Virus record (IMG/VR): IMGVR_UViG_3300009085_000030
Span: 1-61,208 of that record
DNA length: 61,208 bases
Strand: one strand, 5' to 3'
Source: a virus
Taxonomy: Duplodnaviria > Caudoviricetes
Under the pieces are notes generated by a model, which made no database searches, was not told where the DNA came from, and saw only the letters and a list, made by a program, of their open reading frames with translations. Position 1 is the first letter of the stretch. Each line of letters opens with the position of its first letter. Below are positions 9,372 to 18,405 of the stretch, piece after piece. A program made the position numbers and the translations under genes.

Positions 9372-10772
9372 ATGAAGACGATCCAAGAACGGCTCGAAGC
9401 GATGCAGCGTCAGCGTGAAGCTGCCGTCGCCGCGATGCAGGCCATCTTCGACAAGGCTGCCGCTGAAGAGCGCACCTTCGACGGTGCCGAGCAGACCGAG
9501 TTCGACAAGCAGAAGGACATCATCAAGAGTCTCGACGGCCAAATCGAGAACGTGAACGTGCTGGCTCGCGCCAGCCTGGGTGGTGTCCGCACCACGCAGT
9601 CCGCCGCTGGCGTCGGTGCCGGCGCCGAGGGCGTGAATGTGCAGGCAGGCATGGGTTCGGTGGACATCGGCAACCCCGCCAAGATCACCGTGCACCGTTC
9701 GCTGCCGAAGGGCACCGCGTTCACCCGGTACGCCATGGCTCTGGCTGCGTCCAAGGGCAACATCATGGGCGCCGCGGAAGTCGCCAAGCAGCGCTGGGGC
9801 ACGACCTCGCCTGAGATCGAGCAGATCCTGCGTGCTGCGGTCGCCGCCGGTACCACGACGGACACGAACTGGGCGAAGCCCCTGGCTCCGTACCAGGACA
9901 TGCAGAACGAGATGATCGAACTGCTGCGCCCGCTGACCATCATCGGCCGCATGACCGGGTTCCGCAACATCCCGTTCAATGTCCGCATGCCGCGCCAGAC
10001 CTCTGGCTCGACGGTCGGTTGGGTCGGGCAGGCTGCTCCGAAGCCGGTGACCAAGCTGGCATTCGACACGGTGTCTGTCCCGCACGCGAAGATCGCTGCG
10101 ATCATCGCCATCACGGACGAACTGGCCCGCCTGTCTACCCCGTCGGCGGAAGCCACGGTGCGTCAAGACCTGCTGGACACCATCGCGCAATTCATGGACG
10201 TCCAGTTCATCGACCCGACCATCGCGGCTTCGGCGGATGTGTCGCCGGGCGCCGTGACGAACGGCATCACCGGTGTGGATGCGACGGGTGCGACGGTGGC
10301 GGCGGTGACGACGGACCTGAACGCTGCGCTGACCGCGTTGGCAGTGGCGAACATCGGGATGCGTGCCCCGTACTGGGTGATGCACAACCGGGCGTTCAAC
10401 TTCCTGCGCACTCTGCGCACCGCGCAAGACATCTACGCATTCCGCGATGAGCTGAACGCTGGGCGTCTGCTGGGCTACCCGGTGATCGCGTCGAACAACG
10501 TCCCGTTGCGCGACCAGAACGCTGGTGGCGGGACCGAAGGCTACATCGTGCTGATGGACGCTGCCGAAGTCTTCATGGCGGACGACGGCGAGACGATGCT
10601 GGATGTGTCGCGTGAAGCTTCGCTGCAGATGGACACGGCCCCGTCGGCGGGAGCGCAGTCGCTGGTCAGCCTGTGGCAGAACAACCTCGTCGGCATCCGC
10701 GCCGAACGGTATGTCTACTGGCAGCGCCGCCGCGATGCGGCGGTGTACCTCATCGACATGGTGACCTACTGA
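9372..10772 (+). CDS. Major capsid protein, HK97 fold, with N-terminal coiled-coil scaffold (delta) domain
   Basis: Coiled-coil N-terminus; IELLRPLTII, VGWVGQAAPKP, KIAAIIAITDEL, LLGYPVIAS and VSLWQNNLVGIRAER motifs; GGAG RBS. Confidence 0.95.
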   Translation: MKTIQERLEAMQRQREAAVAAMQAIFDKAAAEERTFDGAEQTEFDKQKDIIKSLDGQIENVNVLARASLGGVRTTQSAAGVGAGAEGVNVQAGMGSVDIGNPAKITVHRSLPKGTAFTRYAMALAASKGNIMGAAEVAKQRWGTTSPEIEQILRAAVAAGTTTDTNWAKPLAPYQDMQNEMIELLRPLTIIGRMTGFRNIPFNVRMPRQTSGSTVGWVGQAAPKPVTKLAFDTVSVPHAKIAAIIAITDELARLSTPSAEATVRQDLLDTIAQFMDVQFIDPTIAASADVSPGAVTNGITGVDATGATVAAVTTDLNAALTALAVANIGMRAPYWVMHNRAFNFLRTLRTAQDIYAFRDELNAGRLLGYPVIASNNVPLRDQNAGGGTEGYIVLMDAAEVFMADDGETMLDVSREASLQMDTAPSAGAQSLVSLWQNNLVGIRAERYVYWQRRRDAAVYLIDMVTY

Positions 10773-10792
10773 TCGCCTGAGTTCGTATGGGT

Positions 10793-10822
10793 AGGAAAGG
10801 GGCTCCGGCCCCTTTCCTTGTG
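10793..10822 (+). terminator. Probable intrinsic terminator after the capsid gene
   Basis: AGGAAAGGGGC-TCCG-GCCCCTTTCCT 11-bp stem about 20 nt after the MCP stop. Confidence 0.6.
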
Positions 10823-10856
10823 TGTAGTGCAGTCACATACAGGAATCGAGTAGACC

Positions 10857-11147
10857 ATGGGCGTTCTGATGGAAGCACTCGGGTACCAGAATTACGGCGG
10901 CAAGTGGTATGTCCGCGGGGAGCAGATCCTAGTGGACAACGACGGGGACGCCGCGGACATGGTCGCCTTGCATCTGGCAAAGCGCGTCCCGAAGCCGAAG
11001 CAGCCCCCGAAGGAAGATCGCAGCATGACTGCCGAGACCGAAGACTCGGCCATGGCGGAAGTCGACACTGCCAAGGACACCAAGAAGGACACAGTCCCTG
11101 CGCCGAAGCGTGGGCAGTACCTTCATCGTGCGGCACGCAACCGCTAA
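10857..11147 (+). CDS. Small head-module hypothetical protein
   Basis: ORF fills the gap between MCP and portal and has a charged low-complexity C-terminus. Confidence 0.6.
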   Translation: MGVLMEALGYQNYGGKWYVRGEQILVDNDGDAADMVALHLAKRVPKPKQPPKEDRSMTAETEDSAMAEVDTAKDTKKDTVPAPKRGQYLHRAARNR

Positions 11148-11167
11148 CCCCTCACTGAGAGGCTGGC

Positions 11168-12592
11168 ATGGCCGCGCCTAAGAAAATTCAAGGGTTGACA
11201 AAGAGCTACCTGCCGGTGCTCGTTCAGTCCTTTTTCTCTTCGCTATGGGGTGGCGCTGGCGTCGCTCCGCGTGAGACTTACGCCGGCGAATGGCAGAACA
11301 GCAGCCGCGAGTCCGGGGGCGCTCAGCGAAAGAGCCCGCTCTCGCACAGCGCGGTCTACACCTGCATCAACAATATCGGGTCGGACATTTCGAAGCTGCC
11401 GCTTCGCGTGATGCGGCCCCGCGCTACCGGCGAGGGGCGCGAGCCCCACGTGAACCACCCGCTGACGCGGTTGTTCACGAAGCCGAACAACTACCAGACC
11501 AGCCTGCAATTCTTGCAGCACTACCTCGGCTCGAAACTCTGGACAGGCAACGCGTACACCATCTTGTTCCGCGATGCGCGAGGCGTGCCGGAGTCGATGC
11601 ACGCCCTGGACCCGACGACGGTGACGCCTGCTGTCACAGAAGAAGGCTCCGTGTGGTATCACGTGAAGGCCGACCGGCTGAACAGGCTGACTGAAGACCT
11701 GTACATCCCAGCCCGCGACATCATTCACGACCGGGCCATCACGCTTTTCCACCCACTCATCGGGGTCAGCCCGCTGTACGCCGCTGCGGTCAGCGCATCC
11801 ATCGGCAACAGCATCTCCGCGAACTCGGACCAGTTTTTCCAGAACATGAGTCGTGCCAGCGGCACGCTGACTGCTCCTGGGGAGATACCGCCGCCGACAG
11901 CCGACCGGCTCAAAAGAGAGTGGGACGGCAACTATTCTGGTCTCGGCTTCGGCAAGGTGGCGGTGCTTGGCAGCGGGCTCGAATGGAAGCCGCTGACGAT
12001 CAACGCAGCTGATGCGCAGCTGATCGAGCAACTGCGGTTCACTGTTGAGGACATCGGTCGGGTCTATCGGGTGCCATCATTCATGCTGGGCGAGACCAAG
12101 CTGACCTACCGCAACAGTGAGCAACTGGCGCGCATGTACTACCAAGGGTGTCTGTCCTACCACATCGAAGCGTTGGAGCAGTGCTTCAACCAGAAATTCG
12201 AAGTGAGCGGCGGCGTCGAGATCGAGTTCGACTTGTCGCCCCTGTTCCGCCTCGAGACGGATCTGCGGTACGACACCCACTCCAAGGCGCTCAACGCCGG
12301 TATCAAGTCGATCAACGAAGTTCGGGCGGATGAAGACCTGCCGCCGGTCAAGGGCGGCGAGGAGCCGCGCCTGCAGATGCAGTACGTACCGCTGAGCACG
12401 ATCAACGCTGCGGCTGCGGCTGCGATGGGGGCCAAGCCACCGGGCACCCCTGCGGCACCCGCCCCAGCACCCGAGCCGGAAGATGACGACGAGGAAGACG
12501 AGGATGAAACCGTGGAAGACGCTACCGAGGACTACATTGCGCGGGTGCACGCAAAGATCCTTTCGGCTGCGACCACACAAGCGGGGGCATGA
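11168..12592 (+). CDS. HK97-family portal protein
   Basis: SAVYTCINNIGSDISKLPL, KPNNYQT, GNAY, IIHDR..LIGVSPL, DAQLIEQLRFTVEDIGRVYRVP and SINEVRADEDLPPVKGG motifs. Confidence 0.95.
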   Translation: MAAPKKIQGLTKSYLPVLVQSFFSSLWGGAGVAPRETYAGEWQNSSRESGGAQRKSPLSHSAVYTCINNIGSDISKLPLRVMRPRATGEGREPHVNHPLTRLFTKPNNYQTSLQFLQHYLGSKLWTGNAYTILFRDARGVPESMHALDPTTVTPAVTEEGSVWYHVKADRLNRLTEDLYIPARDIIHDRAITLFHPLIGVSPLYAAAVSASIGNSISANSDQFFQNMSRASGTLTAPGEIPPPTADRLKREWDGNYSGLGFGKVAVLGSGLEWKPLTINAADAQLIEQLRFTVEDIGRVYRVPSFMLGETKLTYRNSEQLARMYYQGCLSYHIEALEQCFNQKFEVSGGVEIEFDLSPLFRLETDLRYDTHSKALNAGIKSINEVRADEDLPPVKGGEEPRLQMQYVPLSTINAAAAAAMGAKPPGTPAAPAPAPEPEDDDEEDEDETVEDATEDYIARVHAKILSAATTQAGA

Positions 12593-14394
12593 GCGTGGAT
12601 AAGAACGTAGTCATGATGGCGGAACAGGTTGGGCTGTTCCTGGCCCCAACGCTTCGGAGTATCGTCGGCACTTTGTTCACGGAAGCGGTCGGCGGGCTTC
12701 TCGGCAAGATGGCCGAACTGCAATCGACCACCGAGAAGTTGCGCGCTGACATGGAAGTGCGCAACGCCGCAGTGGATGCTGCCGCTGCTGAGCTGCGGGG
12801 TGTGTGCGCCGCGCAGGATGTGAAGATCGCGGACCTTGCGAAGTACGCGGATTCGATGCTGGCGACAAAGGCTGACCTTGGCGACTCGCAAGAAGCCTGG
12901 GGCCGCGCCGTGGCGAAGACCAACTCCGATGTGGAAGCCGCGCAGGAAGCGTGTCGTGAGACTCGCGCCGCTAGCGAACAGCAGGTCTCCGCCATCAAGG
13001 ACACGCTGCGCGACCTGACGAACGACCACGGCGCGCAACTGGTCGCCGTCCACCGCACGCTGGGGCCGTTGTCCGCCAGCGTCGAGACGTTGCGGCAGAC
13101 CCTGGATTCGGCTGTTGCCAAGCAGAGCGAAGACGTCGAGTTCCTCGTCACTGCGGACCACAAACTTCGCGAAGAACTCACGTCGTGCGTTGTGAAGATG
13201 CGCGAAGCGTATCAGCTCGCGATGGACACCATGGCGGAAACTAGCAAGCTGACGGATATCGGCCGCGGACTCGCCGCCCGTATCGACTCGGCTGCGGATC
13301 GGGTCGGCGCTACGGAAAAGGTGTGTGACGTTATCGCTGCTGATCTCAGCGGCACCTTAGCCCGATTGGCCGGGCTCGAGATGGCGATGGACGATACCCG
13401 CAAAGTGCTTGCTGAGGGAATCGAGGAGCGCGTCGCGCTGAAGCAGACCGCATATAGCGTGCAAGAATTCGCGCAGACCCTGCAATCGTCGCTGGTGGAG
13501 TTGCAAAATGCCGAGCCGCGAACGGTGACGATCAAGTCCGAGCCCGACCCTGCGCTCATTGACGCCGCGATTGCCGAGGCGGTCAAGGGTATCAAGGTGC
13601 CGGTGCCAGACATGCGGGCGCTAGCGGACGAAGCCCGCACTGTCGCTATCGAAGAAGTCAACACCCTCGTACCCAATGTGCGGGAGGCTCTCGCTGCCAA
13701 TGTGCGTGACGAAGTGTCGCGGGCGGTCGCTGCGCTGCCCGTACCCAAGGACGGCAAAGACGGCGAGCCCGGTCCCGCTGGGCAGATGGGCGCCGTCGAG
13801 CCCTTCATCGAGGGGTGCATCTACGAACGGCTGGCGCTGGTTTCGCACGCTGGGGGTGCGTGGCAGGCCACCCGGCGCACAAAAGCCGCGCCAGCGCCCC
13901 GCTCGCCCGACTGGCAGGCTATTGCGGCGGGGGTTTCGAGCGTGGCAGTGCACGCCACAAACAACCTGCGGTCCGTCGAAGTGATCGCAGCGCTGACGAA
14001 CGGCGACGAAGTGCGCTCCGCCATCGAAGTGCCGGCCATGGTCTACCGTGACGTCTACTCATCGGAGGCGGCGTACGACCCCGCGGATGTGGTGACCTAT
14101 GCTGGCTCGATGTGGATCGCGTTGAAAGAAACCACCGGTGAGCAACCGTCAAAGTCTCCTGAGGCGTGGCGGTTGGTGGTCAAGCGCGGGCAGGAAGGCA
14201 AGGACGGCAAGGACGGCGCCCATGGGGTGCAGTTCCAGGCTGGCTTCGAAGGCGAGTACGAAGAGAACAGGTCCTACTCGAAGAATACCATCGTCACATA
14301 CGCCAGTTCTATCTGGATGTCGAAGCGCGCCACCAAGGAGCGCCCGCCGTATATGTCCAACCAGGACAACGAACACTGGCTGCGCTTGAGGTAA
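12589..14394 (+). CDS. Coiled-coil protein with short collagen-like GXY segments and C-terminal carbohydrate-binding-like repeats (prophage EPcl/PfC-like head-associated protein)
   Basis: Long heptad region and GKDGEPGPAG. C-terminal PAMVYRDVY...YDPADVVTYAGSMWIA...WRLVVKRGQEGKDG resembles post-portal proteins of lambdoid prophages. ATGA overlap with the portal gene. Confidence 0.65.
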   Translation: MSVDKNVVMMAEQVGLFLAPTLRSIVGTLFTEAVGGLLGKMAELQSTTEKLRADMEVRNAAVDAAAAELRGVCAAQDVKIADLAKYADSMLATKADLGDSQEAWGRAVAKTNSDVEAAQEACRETRAASEQQVSAIKDTLRDLTNDHGAQLVAVHRTLGPLSASVETLRQTLDSAVAKQSEDVEFLVTADHKLREELTSCVVKMREAYQLAMDTMAETSKLTDIGRGLAARIDSAADRVGATEKVCDVIAADLSGTLARLAGLEMAMDDTRKVLAEGIEERVALKQTAYSVQEFAQTLQSSLVELQNAEPRTVTIKSEPDPALIDAAIAEAVKGIKVPVPDMRALADEARTVAIEEVNTLVPNVREALAANVRDEVSRAVAALPVPKDGKDGEPGPAGQMGAVEPFIEGCIYERLALVSHAGGAWQATRRTKAAPAPRSPDWQAIAAGVSSVAVHATNNLRSVEVIAALTNGDEVRSAIEVPAMVYRDVYSSEAAYDPADVVTYAGSMWIALKETTGEQPSKSPEAWRLVVKRGQEGKDGKDGAHGVQFQAGFEGEYEENRSYSKNTIVTYASSIWMSKRATKERPPYMSNQDNEHWLRLR

Positions 14395-14397
14395 TCC

Positions 14398-15015
14398 ATG
14401 CTTGTTCAAATCGACACGTTGAAAGAGATCCTGGGTCTACCGCTTTCGGCTGACCCGGCAATCGACCCCGTTCTCGAGCGGTCGAGCTTGACCGCGCAGA
14501 TGCTGGTCGAGGCGTACATCCGCACGCCTATCGAGCAAGACCCTGCGTCACCCAAGACGTACGCGCGGTTCCAGTTGTCGAACTTCAGGCTGGTGCGCTT
14601 GCCCGAGTACCCGGCAGCGCTCGTCTCGGTGAAAGTGGACGATGTGGTGCTTCCCACCACGGAGTACACGTTCGACACCAAGACCGCGATCTTGATGTTC
14701 ATGTCTCAGCGGTATTCGGTGGCGAAGCTCGAGATCAAGTACATGCCCGGGTTCACCGCTGACACGACGCCCGCCGACTTGGCCGGGGTCATCTCAAATA
14801 TCGCCATTGCCATCTACGAGAACGGGGGCAAGATTGCTGCCGCCAGTTCGTCGGGTGCGTTGAAGAGCATGACCATGTTCGACGCCATGAGCATGTCCTT
14901 CGAAACGGGCAGCGGCGCGACGTCTGCTTCCAGCGGGCCAGAAGCGATGGTCGGCCAGTGGGCCTTCGTTCTGGACTACTACAAGGTCGACAAGTACGTG
15001 ATGGGGTCGCAATGA
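14398..15015 (+). CDS. Head-tail connector/adaptor (gp6-like)
   Basis: N-terminus LVQIDTLKEILGL...LVEAYI, KYMPGF..TPADL motif, and gene position. Confidence 0.7.
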   Translation: MLVQIDTLKEILGLPLSADPAIDPVLERSSLTAQMLVEAYIRTPIEQDPASPKTYARFQLSNFRLVRLPEYPAALVSVKVDDVVLPTTEYTFDTKTAILMFMSQRYSVAKLEIKYMPGFTADTTPADLAGVISNIAIAIYENGGKIAAASSSGALKSMTMFDAMSMSFETGSGATSASSGPEAMVGQWAFVLDYYKVDKYVMGSQ

Positions 15016-15365
15016 CTGTTACGTTTCCATCCGGTATCCCTGCCATGGCTGAAGACGTCTGGGGCAGTTCTATCGTTGCGTTCGGCCGCGAAGTCACGCT
15101 CAAGTCGAACGACGGGGTTACGCCCGATATCACCTGCAAGGCATTCTGCAAGCGGCCGAAGATCCTGGGTCTGTTCGACCGTACGGAACAGTCCTACGAC
15201 CAGACGCGGTACATGGTGATGGTACGCGCCAGCGACTTGCCGGCCGAAGGCCCGCAGAAGTTTGACCGAGTGCGTTGGAACAGCCAAGACCATGCCGTAC
15301 TCAGCGTCACCGAGATCGACCTGGGTACCGGGGTCTTCGGGTACCGCTTGCTTGTGAAGGGCTGA
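15012..15365 (+). CDS. Putative head closure/head-tail joining protein
   Basis: ATGA overlap with the upstream gene. Beta-rich, PQKFDRV motif, consistent synteny. Confidence 0.55.
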   Translation: MTVTFPSGIPAMAEDVWGSSIVAFGREVTLKSNDGVTPDITCKAFCKRPKILGLFDRTEQSYDQTRYMVMVRASDLPAEGPQKFDRVRWNSQDHAVLSVTEIDLGTGVFGYRLLVKG

Positions 15366-15368
15366 CCC

Positions 15369-15803
15369 ATGTCTTCGCGTGCAGTGCGCCAGTGGTTCAG
15401 GACGTTCGTGCCTGCTGCGGTGCCCTCGGTGCCGTACCTCGAGACGATCAACTCGATGCCGAATCCGCAGAACATGCCAGACCTGTGGACGACGTTGGAG
15501 TTCGCCAACGCGTCCGAGGAGCGGCTGACCATCGGCGCGAACCCGATTTTCCGCGAATACGGCATGGTGAATATCATCGTGCTGGGCCTGTCGGGCCGGG
15601 GTGATGGCGACCCGATGGATGCCGCAGAACTCTATCGTGCCGCGCTGCAAGGCATCGCGGTGCAGATCCCCGTGGGGGCGCAGTTTGGCGATCTGCGAAT
15701 CGACGCCGCCGAGCCGCCCAACACCGACGCCACTGAGAGTGGCAATTGGTTCTTGGCTAGCGTATCATGCTCTTACACATTGGATGTGGCGAGGGTGGCG
15801 TGA
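15369..15803 (+). CDS. Putative tail terminator protein
   Basis: FREYGMVNIIVLGLSGRG motif, directly upstream of the tail tube gene. Confidence 0.6.
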   Translation: MSSRAVRQWFRTFVPAAVPSVPYLETINSMPNPQNMPDLWTTLEFANASEERLTIGANPIFREYGMVNIIVLGLSGRGDGDPMDAAELYRAALQGIAVQIPVGAQFGDLRIDAAEPPNTDATESGNWFLASVSCSYTLDVARVA

Positions 15804-15864
15804 GTCCTGGAAAGTAGCGGCCTTACTACATAGGCTTTCAACACTTGCATAGCGAGGTCCTCAA

Positions 15865-16803
15865 ATGACTGTTATTTCCGCAGACGTCTTCCAGCTTGGT
15901 GCTGTCCGTGAAACCGGTGCGCCGCCTGTCACCCCGAGCAACCCGGCATTCATGCTGGCTCGCTTGTCCAGCGAGTCGCTGAACTTCCAGCCGACGACCA
16001 TCATCTCGCCGGAGCTCGACCCCAGCGGTCAGGTGCGGGACTCGATCCTGACTGGCGCACGCACGACGGGCGCAATCGAGATGCCCGTGTCGCGGCATCC
16101 GTTCTTCGATGACGCACTGGCGGCTGTGCTGCGTGGCACCTGGAGCGCGCATGTGCTCAAGGTTGGCAGCACGCTTGCGCTGTACACGCTCGAGAAGCGG
16201 TTCACGAACCCGGCGGGCGGCTTCATCTACCACCGCGTGAACGGCGCCGCAGTGGCGAGCGCTTCGATCAGCATCTCGCCGGGTCGCGAGATCACAGCCA
16301 GCGTGAACTACTCGGGCGGTACGATGGACTTCGTGGAATCTGCGATTGCAGGATCGACGTACCCGGACCCGGGCACGCGCCCGCTGTTCGCCGCGCCTGA
16401 AGTGTCGGAGATCACTGTCGCAGGGTCCACGAACGCGCTGTGCTTCAGCGACCTGTCGATGGAGTTCAACAGCAATGTGCGCGGGATCGAGTGCATCGGC
16501 ACCCTCGGCTTCAAGGAGCAGGTGCTGGGCCGCTTCGAAGCGACGATCCGCGGAACCGCGTACTTCGTCAGCAACGACTTGCTGGACTATCTCGTCAACC
16601 AGAACGAGTTTGCCGCCACGATCACCATCGACGATTCCCAAGGCAACAAGTACGACTTCGACTTCCCGCGCTGCCGCATGACCTCTGGCGGGGCTGTGGC
16701 CGGCGGCACGAACCAGGACGTCGTGAGCAACATCGCCATGCAGGCTCTGTACGACCCGGTGACTCAAACCACGGTCACCATTACCCGCACGCAGGTTGCG
16801 TGA
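15865..16803 (+). CDS. Major tail tube protein
   Basis: SPELDPSGQVRD, YTLEKRF, GRFEATIRGTAYF and GNKYDFDFPR motifs typical of siphoviral tube proteins; GAGG RBS. Confidence 0.85.
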   Translation: MTVISADVFQLGAVRETGAPPVTPSNPAFMLARLSSESLNFQPTTIISPELDPSGQVRDSILTGARTTGAIEMPVSRHPFFDDALAAVLRGTWSAHVLKVGSTLALYTLEKRFTNPAGGFIYHRVNGAAVASASISISPGREITASVNYSGGTMDFVESAIAGSTYPDPGTRPLFAAPEVSEITVAGSTNALCFSDLSMEFNSNVRGIECIGTLGFKEQVLGRFEATIRGTAYFVSNDLLDYLVNQNEFAATITIDDSQGNKYDFDFPRCRMTSGGAVAGGTNQDVVSNIAMQALYDPVTQTTVTITRTQVA

Positions 16804-16826
16804 TCATCCTCCAACTAGAGGCACTT

Positions 16827-17243
16827 GTGAAAAACCTTTACGAAGCATTCGGCACCGAGAAGACCTACGAGACGGAAGGCGTGACCCTGGACTTTGGCGT
16901 TGCCAAGTTCCGGGTCCGCCGGGCTGGCGGCAGCAACCGCAAGTTCCTCACAACTCTGTCGGCCAAGCTGCGGCCACACCGCCGCGCCCTGTCGGCCGGC
17001 ACCATGGACGAAACCCTGGCCGAAGAAATGCAGATGGAGGTCTACTTCGAGACCGTGGTCATTGGCTGGGAGAACGTCAAGAATCGGGCAGGCGAGCCGC
17101 TGGAGTACAACCTGGCGAATTTCAAGCAGGTCATGAAAGATCTGCCGGACCTGTGGGCTACGCTTCGCGAAGAAGCCGACAACATGAAGAACTTCCAGGT
17201 CGATGCTGCGAAGGTCGACGGGGAGGACCTGGGAAAATCTTAG
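16827..17243 (+). CDS. Tail assembly chaperone (gpG-like)
   Basis: GTG start at 16827 with GAGG RBS. FRVRRAGGSNRKF, VIGWENV and LPDLW motifs. Lies between tube and tape measure genes. Confidence 0.8.
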   Translation: MKNLYEAFGTEKTYETEGVTLDFGVAKFRVRRAGGSNRKFLTTLSAKLRPHRRALSAGTMDETLAEEMQMEVYFETVVIGWENVKNRAGEPLEYNLANFKQVMKDLPDLWATLREEADNMKNFQVDAAKVDGEDLGKS

Positions 17244-17566
17244 TCTGGTGGGTCGAGTGGGGGGACAAAGTTGCGTTCCTCCAAGCCATGGCAAAACGCG
17301 GGCACCCAGTGCCCGCTTTGCTGAATAGGCCGGATCTACCAGACTACTTGGCCGATGTGTTCACGTGCTACACGGACTTGGTCAACGACGGCGATATCCC
17401 CTGGACTAGCTTCGTACGATGGGCTGACGAGTATGACCTGCAAGACCGCGAGTATGCTTGGGAAGTAATCTGTAATGCGAAACGGACGGTAGACAAGTGG
17501 CAGTCCTCACGAGCACAGTCGCAAAGTCCAGGACCACGATCTACAAATCAGGTCGGGAAGAGATAA
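17231..17566 (+). CDS. Tail assembly chaperone extension (gpT-like), reached by -1 frameshift
   Basis: Slippery heptamer G GGA AAA at 17231-17237, one codon before the TAG. The -1 frame stays open to 17566 (ILVWWVEWGDK...PALLNRPDL). Confidence 0.75.
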   Translation, partial: GKILVWWVEWGDKVAFLQAMAKRGHPVPALLNRPDLPDYLADVFTCYTDLVNDGDIPWTSFVRWADEYDLQDREYAWEVICNAKRTVDKWQSSRAQSQSPGPRSTNQVGKR

Positions 17567-18396
17567 CGTCGCGACTCGACACGTATATCCTCAAGGTTTT
17601 GCCGGAGGACATACTGACCGTGCTACGTGGCGTGGCGATGGACGAACTCGACGCGCAGATTACCAGTGGTAACCTCCCAACGCAGGTTCTGGTCGATGGG
17701 CGCTCGGTGGCGAAGCGCTCGATCCTGGAAGCCAAGCGCTCGGTCAGCCTTCGGTTCTCGGATGCGGCCATGGTGCTGCAAGCCATCCGCGACGTCTACC
17801 GCCTGCTGCTGCGCGTGACCCGCATCGAAGTGCCCCCGCAGAACACGATCATCGCTCGCCGGCATTTCTGGCTGTACAAGGACGGGGTTTCAATCGGCAA
17901 GCTGCCTGGGGCACTGGGCAAGCTCAACGAGAAGAACGTTGACTACAAGACTGTGCTGCGCGTGGTCGGCCCGCTGGTGAACTACGGCCGCAAGCTGTAC
18001 TGGAACCCCATCGGCCGCGCCAAGGTCATGAACCTGCGTCAGGTGGTTTCGCCGTCGGGCCGCGAGATCTTCCGATACGACTCGCAGACCTCGCCCCGGT
18101 TCAACCCGTACCGCATGCGCACGCTCCGCAAGTTGGCGAACTCGCAGACGGGCAACCCTGCCGAGAACCTCAAGCGCATGCTGGCGAAGCGGCCGGGGTA
18201 CGTGGAAGGTGCCGGGCAGATCGTCAAGCGCGTCATGCGTCGGGACAAGCGGTACGTCTCGCTGCACATCAGCGATGGCTGGGTGAGCTACCCGCCTGCC
18301 GGCTCCTGGGGCAAGAGCAGCCGCAACGACCGTGTCCCCAGCGTATCCGTCCAAATGGCGCGCAAGGGTGGCATTAAGATCGTTAAGATTCTCTAA
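17497..18396 (+). CDS. Basic hypothetical tail-module protein (possible tail completion protein)
   Basis: 299-aa Arg/Lys-rich ORF between the chaperone and tape measure genes. Start uncertain. Confidence 0.5.
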   Translation: MAVLTSTVAKSRTTIYKSGREEITSRLDTYILKVLPEDILTVLRGVAMDELDAQITSGNLPTQVLVDGRSVAKRSILEAKRSVSLRFSDAAMVLQAIRDVYRLLLRVTRIEVPPQNTIIARRHFWLYKDGVSIGKLPGALGKLNEKNVDYKTVLRVVGPLVNYGRKLYWNPIGRAKVMNLRQVVSPSGREIFRYDSQTSPRFNPYRMRTLRKLANSQTGNPAENLKRMLAKRPGYVEGAGQIVKRVMRRDKRYVSLHISDGWVSYPPAGSWGKSSRNDRVPSVSVQMARKGGIKIVKIL

Positions 18397-18405
18397 GGAA
18401 GTGCG

